From assembly GCA_050261335.1 (NCBI GenBank), contig JBLNDE010000038.1:6102-70101 (forward strand): a stretch of 64,000 nucleotides of DNA. Reading direction: 5' to 3'. The notes under the pieces are model-generated. The model searched no databases and was not told where the DNA came from. It saw only the letters and a list, made by a program, of their open reading frames with translations. This DNA is from Bacillota bacterium. Lineage in GTDB: Bacteria; Bacillota; SHA-98; UBA4971. Numbering within the stretch: the first letter of the stretch is position 1; each line of letters begins with the position of its first letter. The position numbers and the translations under genes are program-made. Positions 37,871-48,330 of this stretch are shown one piece after another.

Positions 37871-39424
37871 GTGCAGCCAGCTGTTGAGATGCGAGGCATC
37901 CGTAAGATCTTTCCTGGCGTTGTTGCCAACGACAATGTGGACTTGACCATCAACCAAGGTGAGATCCACGCGCTCGTGGGCGAAAACGGGGCTGGCAAGA
38001 GCACCATCATGAACGTGTTGTATGGGCTCCATCGCCCAGATGCAGGGACGATCAAGATCAACGGTCAGCCGGTGCAGATCCGCAAGAACTCCGACGCCAT
38101 CGCGCTCGGAATCGGCATGGTTCATCAGAGTTTCAAGCTAGTGCCTTCATTCACCGTTGCCCAGAACATCGTCCTCGGAGCGGAACCTCATCGTCGGATG
38201 TTCGTGGACCTAAAAGCGGTGCACGACAGCGTGGTCGAGATATCGAAGCGGTTCGGGTTGAAGGTCGACCCGGAAGCCCGGGTCAGAGACTTGCCTGTTG
38301 GTGTCCAGCAGCGGGTCGAGATTCTCAAGACACTGTATCGAAACGCCAATATACTCATCCTCGACGAGCCTACCGCGGTCCTGACTCCGCAGGAGACACG
38401 TGAGCTGTTTGGCGTTATTCGATCCCTTGTGGCCAAGGGCAAGACAGTCGTTTTCATCACGCACAAGCTGCGCGAGGTCATGGAGATCTCAGACCGAGTC
38501 ACCGTCATGCGTGCCGGCAAAGTGGTGGGGACGAAGGCCACAAAAGACACCAACCCCACGGACCTGGCTCGGATGATGGTCGGGCGCGAAGTTCTGCTGC
38601 GTGTGAAGAAGGACCCCGCGAAGCCGGGCAAGCCCGTTCTCCAGGTCCAGAACCTGAGGGTACGTGATGACCGGTACCTCATGGCCGTGCGTGGCCTCTC
38701 TCTCGAGGTTCGGGAGGGCGAGATACTCGGCATCGCCGGAGTGGAAGGCAACGGCCAGCGGGAGTTGGTAGAGGCCCTCGTCGGGCTCCGGCCCCTGGTG
38801 GACGGCAAGGTTGTCATCCACGGGCAGGAAGTGACGTCCGCCTCCGTGCGCGACAGGCGCGAGTCCGGCATGGCGTGTGTCCCAGAGGACCGGGCCGTGC
38901 GAGGCCTCGCCCTTCAGGCGAGCATAGAGGAAAACTTGGTAGCGGTTTCTTACTTCAAGGAACCCATGAGCAAGCACGGGATTCTGGACCTCAAGGCCAT
39001 GGGTGAGTTCGCTCGCGATTCCATCAAGGACTTCGACGTCCGGGCGGTTGGGAAGGACGTTCCCGCCTTTACCCTGTCAGGTGGCAACATGCAGAAGGTC
39101 GTGCTCGCCCGGGAGCTCAGCACTGATCCCAAACTCCTTATCGTGGCCCAGCCTACTCGGGGTCTGGACATAGGCAGCATCGAGTTCATGCACTCCCGGA
39201 TAGTGGAGGCGCGGGACCGCGGCGCCGCTGTGCTGCTGGTCTCTGCTGAACTCGGTGAGGTCATGTCCCTCAGCGACCGGATCGCTGTGATGTATGAGGG
39301 CAGGATCGTGGGCGTCATAGACGCCGCGAAGGCCACGGAAGAAGGGCTTGGACTGTGGATGGCGGGTATCACGGATCGAGGCAATACAGGAGTGAAGGGT
39401 GAGGGGCATGAGCAGAGTTGTTGA
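37871..39424 (+). CDS. Nucleoside ABC transporter ATP-binding protein (NupA/YufO type)
   Basis: GENGAGKST, DEPTAVLTPQE, GIAGVEGNGQ, LSGGNMQK, QPTRGLD. Confidence 0.94.
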   Translation: MQPAVEMRGIRKIFPGVVANDNVDLTINQGEIHALVGENGAGKSTIMNVLYGLHRPDAGTIKINGQPVQIRKNSDAIALGIGMVHQSFKLVPSFTVAQNIVLGAEPHRRMFVDLKAVHDSVVEISKRFGLKVDPEARVRDLPVGVQQRVEILKTLYRNANILILDEPTAVLTPQETRELFGVIRSLVAKGKTVVFITHKLREVMEISDRVTVMRAGKVVGTKATKDTNPTDLARMMVGREVLLRVKKDPAKPGKPVLQVQNLRVRDDRYLMAVRGLSLEVREGEILGIAGVEGNGQRELVEALVGLRPLVDGKVVIHGQEVTSASVRDRRESGMACVPEDRAVRGLALQASIEENLVAVSYFKEPMSKHGILDLKAMGEFARDSIKDFDVRAVGKDVPAFTLSGGNMQKVVLARELSTDPKLLIVAQPTRGLDIGSIEFMHSRIVEARDRGAAVLLVSAELGEVMSLSDRIAVMYEGRIVGVIDAAKATEEGLGLWMAGITDRGNTGVKGEGHEQSC

Positions 39425-40529
39425 CGGGCTCAAGAAGCATGTGAAGCGAGCCCTCCACGGCTCGTTCAGGCTGGGCGTAAGCATGGCCATCGCCGTGATC
39501 ATCGGCTCGATTATCATCCTGCTATACGGGCACAACCCCATGGAGATCTACGGGATGCTCATCCAGGGCGCCTTCGGCAGCCGGAGGAGCCTCTTCATTA
39601 CTCTGCAGAGGGCGACCCCTCTCATATTCACCGCCCTCGCGTCGGCGCTCGCGTTCCGAACAGGCGTGTTCAACGTGGGCATCGAGAGTCAGTTTTACAT
39701 CGGTGCTCTGTGTGGGACAGTCGTTGGATATGCGTTCGATCTTCCGGCAATCATTCACTTGCCTCTGACGTTCCTTGCCGCGTTCGTCGGCGGGGCGCTC
39801 TGGGCCGTCGTCCCTGCAATACTCCGGGAGAGGCTCAAGATAAGTGAGATCGTGACTACGATCATGACCAACTATGTTGCCTTCCAGCTCCGCGATTACC
39901 TGCTCATCTACGTGCTCAGAGTGGGGCCGCATCTTGCTGAAACACCTTTCGTCAAGGACAGTGTCAAGTTGCCCCAGTTCACTGAGCTCGTTCCGGGGCT
40001 CGGCAGGGGTAGCCAGGCGCATGTGGGCATCTTCCTCGCCTTCGCCACCGCCATCGTACTGTACGCCGTTCTCAAGTACACCAGGCGTGGGTACGAGTGG
40101 CGAATGGTCGGTGTGTCCTTTCCGTTCTCGGAGTTTGCGGGCATGAACATGAAGCGGGCGTTCATGACCGGATTCGTCGCGAGCGGCGGGATAGCGGCCA
40201 TCGGCGGGCTGGTGGAGATTTTGGGCGTCTGGCGCCGCTACAAGCAGCTATTTGGCGTTGGCTTTGGGTTCAAGGGGAACCTCGCGGCCCTGCTCGGCGG
40301 GCGGACGGTGATCGGCTCGACGGCTGCAGCGTTGTTCTATGGGAGCATGGAGGCGGGATCCGTGGCGCTCGAGTGGAATTCCGGTGTCCCAAGGCAACTG
40401 ATCGACATCCTCATCGGCTTGATCATCTTCTTCATGGCGGCACCCGGTCTGTGGGACTTCCTGAAGAGTGCCAAGCTGATATCTGGACCGATAACGGCTC
40501 GCCGCGCGCCTGCGGGTCGGGAAGCATAG
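39408..40529 (+). CDS. Nucleoside ABC transporter permease
   Basis: ATPLIFTAL..FRTGVFNVG, EIVTTIMTNY, multiple TM segments. Confidence 0.9.
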   Translation: MSRVVDGLKKHVKRALHGSFRLGVSMAIAVIIGSIIILLYGHNPMEIYGMLIQGAFGSRRSLFITLQRATPLIFTALASALAFRTGVFNVGIESQFYIGALCGTVVGYAFDLPAIIHLPLTFLAAFVGGALWAVVPAILRERLKISEIVTTIMTNYVAFQLRDYLLIYVLRVGPHLAETPFVKDSVKLPQFTELVPGLGRGSQAHVGIFLAFATAIVLYAVLKYTRRGYEWRMVGVSFPFSEFAGMNMKRAFMTGFVASGGIAAIGGLVEILGVWRRYKQLFGVGFGFKGNLAALLGGRTVIGSTAAALFYGSMEAGSVALEWNSGVPRQLIDILIGLIIFFMAAPGLWDFLKSAKLISGPITARRAPAGREA

Positions 40530-40544
40530 GAGGGAAGGCAAGCA

Positions 40545-41549
40545 ATGGATGAGGTAATGGTGGCCCAGATAGGGGAAGTACTGGAACGGTACGTCTTCAA
40601 CCTGGCCAATCTCCAGGGGATGCTTCGTCTGTCCACTCCTGTGATCCTGTCTGGGTTGTCCGCTCTCATCACCAGCCGCGCTGGGATCATGAACATCGCG
40701 GCTGAAGGCATGATTAACCTGTGCACATTCGCAGCCGTGGCCGGGAGCTACTTCCTCGGGCACGCCATAGGCGGTGTCGCTGTGGCGCTGCTCACGGGTC
40801 TCCTGGTCGGCGGCTTTTTCGCGCTATTCTCCATCAAGTTTCGCGCGAACACCACTGTCATGGGAATCGCGATCAACATCACCTCCGTTTCGGTGACTAT
40901 GTTCCTATGCAGGGCCATCTTCAAGCAGGCGGGCGCGTTCAGCGATCCGAGCATCATGGGTCTTTCTCCCATCCGCATTCCGATTATCGAGAAGATCCCG
41001 ATACTTGGCCCGCTGGTCAGTGGGTACAGCATCATCACCTACCTCGCTTGGGCCCTCATACCCATCATCACCATATTCCTCTATCGGACGAGGACAGGGT
41101 GGCATCTCCGGGCCGTCGGCGAGAACCCCCAGGCCGCGGAGACTCTGGGCATCAACGTCGAGCGGATGAAGTTCGGGGCCATGGTGGCCAGCGGTGTGTT
41201 CGCGGCTCTGGCCGCGCTGTACCTGTCATTGGCCCACCTTCAGATGTACACAGACGAGATGGCCGCCGGCCGAGGCTTCATAGGCATGTCCGTTAACACC
41301 TTCGGAGCAGGCGAGCCCATAGGCGTATTCCTCTCGAGTCTGTTGTTCGGGTTCGTCGACACCATCGGCTGGCGCCTGCAGGCCGACCGGATCATGCCTC
41401 CGCAGTTCATCACCATGCTACCGTATGTGTCCACGTTAGTCTTCCTCACGGCATTCACTGTCCGCAAGAATCGACGGCTCAAGGCAGCGCTTGAGAAGGC
41501 TGCCCGAGAGGACGCGCAGCAGAGCCAGAGTACAGCCGCTAGCGTGTAA
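40545..41549 (+). CDS. Nucleoside ABC transporter permease
   Basis: RAGIMNIAAEG, LRAVGENPQAAETLGINV, GRGF, MLPY. Confidence 0.92.
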   Translation: MDEVMVAQIGEVLERYVFNLANLQGMLRLSTPVILSGLSALITSRAGIMNIAAEGMINLCTFAAVAGSYFLGHAIGGVAVALLTGLLVGGFFALFSIKFRANTTVMGIAINITSVSVTMFLCRAIFKQAGAFSDPSIMGLSPIRIPIIEKIPILGPLVSGYSIITYLAWALIPIITIFLYRTRTGWHLRAVGENPQAAETLGINVERMKFGAMVASGVFAALAALYLSLAHLQMYTDEMAAGRGFIGMSVNTFGAGEPIGVFLSSLLFGFVDTIGWRLQADRIMPPQFITMLPYVSTLVFLTAFTVRKNRRLKAALEKAAREDAQQSQSTAASV

Positions 41550-41598
41550 GGTGGGCGTCTTTCCCACCGGGGCGCTAACGAAAGGATGGGTGCTCGAA

Positions 41599-42534
41599 TT
41601 GCGGAGAAGAAACGTCATCATTGATACGGATCCCGGCGTCGACGATGCGCTGGCTCTGCTGTTTGCCCTGCGCTCGGACGCGTGGAATGTTCTTGGGATC
41701 ACCACTGTCGCGGGCAACATGAGCCTGGACCAGACAACCCGCAACGCGCTAATCGTGGTCGAGATGTCGGGCGTATCGGTTCCCGTCTTCAAGGGGGCAT
41801 ACCGGCCTCTCAGGGAACCTCTCGAGACCGCTGAGCACGCCCACGGCCATGATGGCCTCGGCGATGTGGGCTTTCCCGATCCTGTCACGGCGGCAAGGCC
41901 AGAACATGCCGTGGATTTTATCGTCAAAACGGTCATGGGGTCGGACGAGCCTGTGGATCTGATCACTCTGGGCCCTCTGACCAACATCGCCCTGGCGATC
42001 ACGGCGGAGCGCGCGATCGAGGAGCGGGTACGCCGTCTGGTGATGATGGTAGGAACGTGGACGGTGGGGAACATCACCCAGGCTGCGGAGTTCAACGCCG
42101 GGGTCGACCCCGAGGCGACTGATATCGTCTTCCGAAGTCGCATCCCCAAGACCATGGTGGCTTTGGACCCGATCCGCGAGGGAGCGCTGATCGAGGCAGA
42201 TGACGTCCCGTACCTTGAGAACACGGATAGTTCATGGGGCAAGATGGCCGGGAAACTACTCCGCAGGAGCCTTGAGCGGTGGAACAGGCCCAGGCTATCC
42301 ATGTGCGACCCGGCCGCCGTGGGTGTGGCCATCGACCCGTCCATTGCCGAGATTCAACGGCTTCCGGTCGGTATAGAGACCAGGGGTGAGTACACCCGAG
42401 GCATGACCGTGGTCGATCTGCGCTTCGGGCGCGGGCACAAGCTCGGGATGATGGAGCCCAACGTCGACGTAGTCATGAGCATAAACCCTGAGCGGTTCCG
42501 TCGCCTGTACATGGATACCATGCTCGGTCATTGA
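41599..42534 (+). CDS. Inosine/uridine-preferring nucleoside hydrolase
   Basis: IIDTDPGVDDA, TTVAGN, HGHDGLG, GPLTN, AEFN..DPEA; start approximate. Confidence 0.92.
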   Translation: MRRRNVIIDTDPGVDDALALLFALRSDAWNVLGITTVAGNMSLDQTTRNALIVVEMSGVSVPVFKGAYRPLREPLETAEHAHGHDGLGDVGFPDPVTAARPEHAVDFIVKTVMGSDEPVDLITLGPLTNIALAITAERAIEERVRRLVMMVGTWTVGNITQAAEFNAGVDPEATDIVFRSRIPKTMVALDPIREGALIEADDVPYLENTDSSWGKMAGKLLRRSLERWNRPRLSMCDPAAVGVAIDPSIAEIQRLPVGIETRGEYTRGMTVVDLRFGRGHKLGMMEPNVDVVMSINPERFRRLYMDTMLGH

Positions 42535-42604
42535 GCCGCCCGTAACGCACGACACGTAGAGACGACGAGACGGGCTGAACCCCACACGAAGGAGTGGACA
42601 CCTG

Positions 42605-43066
42605 ATGGCCAGACTCAAAGCTTACATCGCAAACCCCCTGATCTTCAGCCCAGCCACGCGGGAGTGGTACAAGAACACGATGATTCCTGTGGTCGAGCGG
42701 TACGCTGAGGTCATCAATGCGCCCGGTGTGGCGGATGGCGCCAAGCTCGACGAATCGATGTCCAAAGCTGAGCGCAGCAAGGCGATTTTCGACTGGAACG
42801 TCAAGCGCCTGGACCAGTGCGATTTCGTCATATGCGTTATTGACGGTGTCCAGACCGACGATGGTACCGCCTGGGAAGTCGGGTACGCCTGGGCGAAGGG
42901 CAAGCCGTCCATGGCCGTGCGTTTCGATGCGCGCGACGGATGCAAGGAGAAGGTGAGCCGGTTCACCAACCTGATGATCGAGAATAGCTGCGTGGACATG
43001 GTGGAGGGGCTCGAGGCACTAGACCAGGCTCTAGCCAAGTACGTCGCGGAGCGCTCGGCGGAGTAG
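42605..43066 (+). CDS. Nucleoside 2-deoxyribosyltransferase family protein
   Basis: DDGTAWEVGYAWAKGKP catalytic Glu motif, NLM. Confidence 0.85.
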   Translation: MARLKAYIANPLIFSPATREWYKNTMIPVVERYAEVINAPGVADGAKLDESMSKAERSKAIFDWNVKRLDQCDFVICVIDGVQTDDGTAWEVGYAWAKGKPSMAVRFDARDGCKEKVSRFTNLMIENSCVDMVEGLEALDQALAKYVAERSAE

Positions 43067-43123
43067 ATCCAGCATCGCACCGGCACCATGTCCACCGGCA
43101 TCATTACTGGAGGAGGAGCCTAC

Positions 43124-43864
43124 ATGGCCAAGATACAGCATCACATTCACTGCCAGCCCGAGGACCTCGCCCCTTATGTGTTGGCCCCCGGTGATCACGC
43201 CCGCGTCGACAGGATTGCGGCACGCCTGGAGGAACCCAGGTTGGTGAGCGAGAGCCGCGGGTACCGCATAATAACCGGCCGGTACAAAGGAGCTCCTGTA
43301 ACAGCCTGCTCCACGGGCATGGGATGCCCGCAGGTCGCGATCGCCGTCGAAGAGCTTGCCAACCTTGGAGTTCACACCTTCATCCGTGTGGGGTCGTGCG
43401 GAGCGCGGCAGGACTTCCTAAACATCGGCGACGTCGTTATCACCAACGCCGCATACCGGGACGACGGGACGTCCATGTGTTACCTGCCGGCGCCCTTCCC
43501 CGCCGTCGCACATCAGGATGTAATGGATGTCCTAAGAGACGCCGCACGCAGCGTCGGTATACCTTACCATGTTGGCATCACAGTGTCTGGCGATGCCTTC
43601 TATGGCCGGAAGTACGACAACCACTCTGAGCTTCTCAAGCAAGCCGGTGTCCTCACTGTCGAGATGGAGAGCTCCACTTTGTTTATCGTTGCTCAATGGC
43701 GCAAGGTCCGAGCGGGAACAATCCTGGCCGTGAGCGACAGGCCCGGGCAGAGAGTAACCGATCCTGAGATAGAGAAGATCTTCCGCCGCGGGGAGCAGGA
43801 CATGATACGAATTGCGCTCGAGTCGGTGAAGTTGTTGCACGACAGGGATGCTGCGGCCAGATAG
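43124..43864 (+). CDS. Nucleoside phosphorylase (uridine phosphorylase / NP-I family)
   Basis: PGD..R, STGMG, IRVGSCG, RDDGTS, DAFY, EMESS. Confidence 0.9.
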   Translation: MAKIQHHIHCQPEDLAPYVLAPGDHARVDRIAARLEEPRLVSESRGYRIITGRYKGAPVTACSTGMGCPQVAIAVEELANLGVHTFIRVGSCGARQDFLNIGDVVITNAAYRDDGTSMCYLPAPFPAVAHQDVMDVLRDAARSVGIPYHVGITVSGDAFYGRKYDNHSELLKQAGVLTVEMESSTLFIVAQWRKVRAGTILAVSDRPGQRVTDPEIEKIFRRGEQDMIRIALESVKLLHDRDAAAR

Positions 43865-43913
43865 AAGGTGTGCCCGTCCCATTTGCTATCCAGATACTAG
43901 AGGGGTGCACCGA

Positions 43914-44697
43914 GTGGCAGTATCGAACAGGGCGCTGTCTTGGCGGAAGTCTCTTTCGTACGCTGAGAGTCTTCAAGTATGGACCCTGGTAGGGCCGATA
44001 GTAGTCATGTCTCTTCTGGAGAATGGTCTGCGCTTGTTGGAGATGTGGTGGGTGAAACCACAAGGAACCGCAGCTACTGCGACGCTGCCGGTCGCCACCT
44101 CGATCGCCCTCATCCTCGAGGCTGTCGCGTGCCTCCTGCAAACAGGGAATCTGGGCATCGCCGCCCGCGACGTCGGGGCGGCCGACCCGCAAGAGGCGAT
44201 ATCCGCCTTCTGCCACACCTTCATGCTGGCCATCGGTATTTACACGCTGCTAGGCCCGATTGGGCCGGGAGTGGCCCGTCCGCTCATCCTCCTTCTGGGA
44301 TGGGAGGGGGAGGTGGCAGGTCGCGCGGCGAGTCATATCCGGATCATCCCTCTGGGGTCACTAAGTGTGAGTTCAGAAATCCATGCCGGATCTCGGCGGC
44401 CACCTCCACCGTTGCTCTCATGGCAGCGCCATGGCTGGTCGGGCAGTTCACCCGAGACGCGGAGAATGTCGTAAACGCCGTGGCTTACCTGAGGATGCTC
44501 GCTTCGCTTTTCTGCTCGGGCAACACCTGGGTTTCGGGACCCAGGGCCTTTGGTGGGGGATCGCCATCTCCGAAGCGGTTTTGGGCGTCGCGTACATCTG
44601 GGTCTTCAGGATGGGGTGCTGGAAATATGTCAGGACAACCCAGACCCAGGCGTCCCAGGGCCGATGCAGGGGGGTCACGGCGCCCTGGAGGTCCTAG
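43914..44697 (+). pseudogene. MATE family efflux transporter pseudogene (deleted and frameshifted)
   Basis: N-terminal MATE-like segment, break at 44360, then LVGQFTRDAENV..AVAYLR and, in another frame, GLWWGIAISE; much shorter than a full MATE. Confidence 0.65.
44361..44389. mobile_element. Isolated terminal repeat of the 63-kb MITE at the MATE breakpoint
   Basis: CTAAGTGTGAGTTCAGAAATCCATGCCGG is the exact reverse complement of 63337-63365. Confidence 0.75.
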
Positions 44698-44753
44698 AGC
44701 CGACGCGGAAGACTGGGGTACGGGTGTGAGCCGTGTGCTGGGAGGAGAGGGAA

Positions 44754-45719
44754 ATGAGAATCTACTACGCAAGGCCGATCTTCACCCGCTCGGAACACGA
44801 GTTCAACACAAAGGTGGAGAGGCTCGTGGACGAGGCGGGGATCAGGCGGCAAAGATCGGGTGGCATGAAGGAGAACGACACCCGCACCAGGGCGAAGAGG
44901 GTGTTTGACAACGACTATGCCGGGATCGAAGAGGCCCAGGCTATGCTCACCATCTTGAGTGGGACGGAAGTCGACGACGGAACGGCTGCGGAGATCGGAA
45001 TCTTCCACGCGCTCATGAGGGCGGACAAGGGTAGAAAAGGCATCGTAGCGGTATTGGACGACTGGCGAACCGACACCCAGAACCCGAAGTTCGAGGGGAA
45101 GGGCCTGAGCTATTCGATATTGGGCTGTCTACGGAGATCGGGTGTGATAGTCCAGACTGTCGAGGATGGGATCGAGAAGCTCCGGGAGTGGGATAAGGAG
45201 CTCGAGGTTTCACTCCCGATGCCCGACGCATCGTGCGCAGGCGACGGGACTAGTGAGCCAGCAGGACTTGTCTACCTCACCGGCCCTCTGTATACCCCCT
45301 ATGCGCGGCAATACATCGCCGAGCGCGCTCAGGCCCTGCGGGACAGAGGCATGGAGGTCTATGTTCCTTCCGGGCGAGCCGAAGTGCACCCAACGCTCAC
45401 GCCCGAAGAGGTGTTCGACCAGGACTCTGAGGCGTTGTCGCGCGCGAGCGCACTCGTGGCAGTAATGGATGGTGCACAGGTCGATGACGCGGTGGCCATG
45501 GAAATCGGCATATTCTGCGTGTTGTCCAGGAGAGACCCTGCGAAGAAAGGAATTTTGGGCCTCATGACAGACTCGCGCGGCTTACGCTGGCGAGACAACG
45601 AATTCGGGACCAACCTGTTCGTTGCGGGGGCCATACACGAGTGCGGCCGCATCATGGACAATTTCGACGGGCTCGTCGGGCAGCTCGGTGGCTGGATGAA
45701 GGACGTGACTTGTGGTTGA
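44754..45719 (+). CDS. Tandem two-domain nucleoside 2-deoxyribosyltransferase family protein
   Basis: Two repeats: VDDGTAAEIGIF and VDDAVAMEIGIF, each with a VFD.D motif upstream. Confidence 0.8.
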   Translation: MRIYYARPIFTRSEHEFNTKVERLVDEAGIRRQRSGGMKENDTRTRAKRVFDNDYAGIEEAQAMLTILSGTEVDDGTAAEIGIFHALMRADKGRKGIVAVLDDWRTDTQNPKFEGKGLSYSILGCLRRSGVIVQTVEDGIEKLREWDKELEVSLPMPDASCAGDGTSEPAGLVYLTGPLYTPYARQYIAERAQALRDRGMEVYVPSGRAEVHPTLTPEEVFDQDSEALSRASALVAVMDGAQVDDAVAMEIGIFCVLSRRDPAKKGILGLMTDSRGLRWRDNEFGTNLFVAGAIHECGRIMDNFDGLVGQLGGWMKDVTCG

Positions 45720-45760
45720 TGACCACATAATCCGGACTAGAGGTCAAAGGAAGTCTTGAC

Positions 45761-47011
45761 ATGAGAAGCGTTGTTAAGAGCACGTGTGACTACATGAGAC
45801 GGGTGCGCAGGCTGGACCGCAGCATCGGTCTGTACTTCGCCGCGGTGGCGTTGAGCAGTATCGCGCTAGGTATATTCGGCGTCGCTTTCAACTTGTATAT
45901 CCTCTCTGTCGGGATTGGCGAGGGCAAGCTCGGCGCGATCGTCGGCGCAGGTCCCTTCGCCACGGCGCTTGTGGCGATCCCCGTAGCCTTCGCAGCGGAG
46001 ATCATCGGCTACAAGAGCAGCTTCTTGATCATTCTGGCCATTACCGGGGCCACGCAGCTCGCTCGGGTAGCCACGGCCAGTGTGCCAGTGATACTCGTGG
46101 CCGCCTTCATAGGCGGGCTTGGCTCCGCGGGCGAGTTTGTGGTGAAGCTCCCGTTTCTTGCAGACTACAGCGACGCCTCGAACCGAACCCTCGTTTTCAG
46201 TCTGAACACCCTTCTGACTAGTGTCGCCACAGCCGTCGGCACCGTTCTCGCCGGTTACATGCCGAATATGGAGCGCCTCGCCTTGGTCGACCTCAGCCTG
46301 GCATATCGGTACACCTTGTACTTCGCATCCGCGCTGACCCTGCTTGGGCTGGTGCCTTTGTGGTTCATCAAGGCGAGGAAGCCAAAAGAGAGGAAGAGAA
46401 TAAGCCTCGCCCCTTACCTTTGGGGAATAGACAGGTGCACGGTGAAACTGGCATGCCTGTCATTGTTTCGCGGCTTGAACATGGGATTCGTCAATCCGTT
46501 TCTCAACATCTACTTCATCAACCACCTGGGCACCACCCGAGAGTTCTTCAGCAACGTCTCGGCTCTCGCGATAATCCCGATCATGATCGGAGTTGCCCTG
46601 GGGCCGCAACTGGCGAAACGCATCGGCAGTGTGCGAGCCATTACAGTGCTGCGTTGGGGCATACCTGTCCCCGCCCTGGTAATGGCTCTCACGACCAACC
46701 CGATCACCGCAGCAGTTGCCGAGTGGGTTCACCGGGGGACTTCGATGATGGAGACGCCCTTGTCGTTTTCTTACTCCATGGAGGTGGCCACGGAGCGGAC
46801 CAGGGCGGCGACGGCAGCGTGGCTTCATGTTACTTTTGTACTGGGAACGGCTGCGGCGGCTCCCATCACAGGCCTCTGCCTGGCCCAGGCCAACTACCGG
46901 CTTCCGTTCTATCTGTCTGCCGTGTCCATGGCTGCAGCGGGCCTGCTGAATGAGGTGTTTTTCGGGGTGCGGGCGGCGCGGCAGCAGATGAAGGAGCGGA
47001 CAGCAGCATGA
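45761..47011 (+). CDS. MFS transporter
   Basis: About 12 hydrophobic segments, FNLYIL, LAKRIG motif A. Confidence 0.85.
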   Translation: MRSVVKSTCDYMRRVRRLDRSIGLYFAAVALSSIALGIFGVAFNLYILSVGIGEGKLGAIVGAGPFATALVAIPVAFAAEIIGYKSSFLIILAITGATQLARVATASVPVILVAAFIGGLGSAGEFVVKLPFLADYSDASNRTLVFSLNTLLTSVATAVGTVLAGYMPNMERLALVDLSLAYRYTLYFASALTLLGLVPLWFIKARKPKERKRISLAPYLWGIDRCTVKLACLSLFRGLNMGFVNPFLNIYFINHLGTTREFFSNVSALAIIPIMIGVALGPQLAKRIGSVRAITVLRWGIPVPALVMALTTNPITAAVAEWVHRGTSMMETPLSFSYSMEVATERTRAATAAWLHVTFVLGTAAAAPITGLCLAQANYRLPFYLSAVSMAAAGLLNEVFFGVRAARQQMKERTAA

Positions 47012-47031
47012 CCCGAAGCGGAGGGGTGAAC

Positions 47032-48273
47032 ATGATAAAGGTCAACGTCGTTCCTTTTGCGTCTCCACGAGCTAACAGAAAGAGCATGCAGGACATGGTA
47101 TTGCAGCTCTTCGCGGAAATCGAAGCACTCCCGGGGCTCGAGTGCACGCTGGAGGAGCCCAATGAAAAGCAGCCCGAAGCGGACGTCACGGTGCTTCTGG
47201 CGATGGGCGGCGGGATCGAACCCAGGATGCTGCCGTTCATCGAATGCATGGACGAGCCGGCATTGATCCTCGCAAGGACGGCAGGAAACGCCCTTGCGGC
47301 CGCGCTTGACGTCTTGGCGATCGCAAACGGGGCCGGCCGCCCAGGCCGGATCGTGCAGGCGACGGCAGGATGGCAGGATGAGCTTAGTGAGCTCATCGCG
47401 GTTTTCGCCGCCGGTGCCAGGCTGAAGAGAAGGCACATTGGGGTCATCGGAACCCGAGTGATCGATGTCATGGACGCGTTCCGCCTGGCAATCCAGGTCA
47501 GGAAGGTTTGGGGCCCTCGCCTCGTTCATATGGAGATGCAGGAACTGATCGATGCTACGAGGAGCGTCGACCCTGCTCAAGCCGCGCAAGGAGCAGAGGA
47601 GTTCGTCAGGGGCGCCTCCAAGATCGTCGAGCCAGATGAAGAGACACTCGTCGGGGCGGCACGGATCTATTTGGGCCTGCGCCGAGTGGTCGAGAACCGG
47701 CGCCTGGATGCGGTTACGGTCAAGTGCTTCGACCTCATCCCGGTCCTTGCCAATACCGGATGTTACGCGCTAGCCCGGCTGAACGAAGAGGGAATCCCGG
47801 CAGGGTGTGAGGCGGATGTTCTCTCCACTCTCGGCATGCTGTTCATCCGCGAATTGACGGGTCTTCCTAGCTTCATGGCTAACCCAGTAGTGATAGATCC
47901 AGGTGCGGGGACGGTGACCCTGGCCCATTGCATGATCGCCCGGACCATGACCGCTTCCTACATAATCAGGTCTCATCTGGAGTCCGGGCTTGGCGTCGGC
48001 ATCCAGGCGGATCTCACGCCCGGTCCCGTGACGGTCGTTCGGTTGGGCGGTAAGAAACTGGATCAGGTGTTCGCGGCTCGTGGAGATCTTCTGGGGTGTA
48101 GCTTCAGGAACGACATGTGCAGAACCCAGCTCATGATGCGGCTTGCAGATCCCGAGACTACCAGGTCGATTCTCTCCCGGCCTCTGGGCAACCACCATCT
48201 TGTCGTAACCGGAGACTGGGTGAAAAGGATCCGCGAGTTCACGTCAGTGTTCATGCAGGCGAACGGAGTCTAG
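47032..48273 (+). CDS. L-fucose/L-arabinose isomerase family protein
   Basis: VTVKCF, GCYALA.LN..GIPAGCEAD, AHC, CRTQ, PLGNHH. Confidence 0.8.
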   Translation: MIKVNVVPFASPRANRKSMQDMVLQLFAEIEALPGLECTLEEPNEKQPEADVTVLLAMGGGIEPRMLPFIECMDEPALILARTAGNALAAALDVLAIANGAGRPGRIVQATAGWQDELSELIAVFAAGARLKRRHIGVIGTRVIDVMDAFRLAIQVRKVWGPRLVHMEMQELIDATRSVDPAQAAQGAEEFVRGASKIVEPDEETLVGAARIYLGLRRVVENRRLDAVTVKCFDLIPVLANTGCYALARLNEEGIPAGCEADVLSTLGMLFIRELTGLPSFMANPVVIDPGAGTVTLAHCMIARTMTASYIIRSHLESGLGVGIQADLTPGPVTVVRLGGKKLDQVFAARGDLLGCSFRNDMCRTQLMMRLADPETTRSILSRPLGNHHLVVTGDWVKRIREFTSVFMQANGV

Positions 48274-48330
48274 CGGACGTGGCCAGAGCGGCGCGGCGGA
48301 ATACCCGAGATGCGGGGAGACAACTGACTA

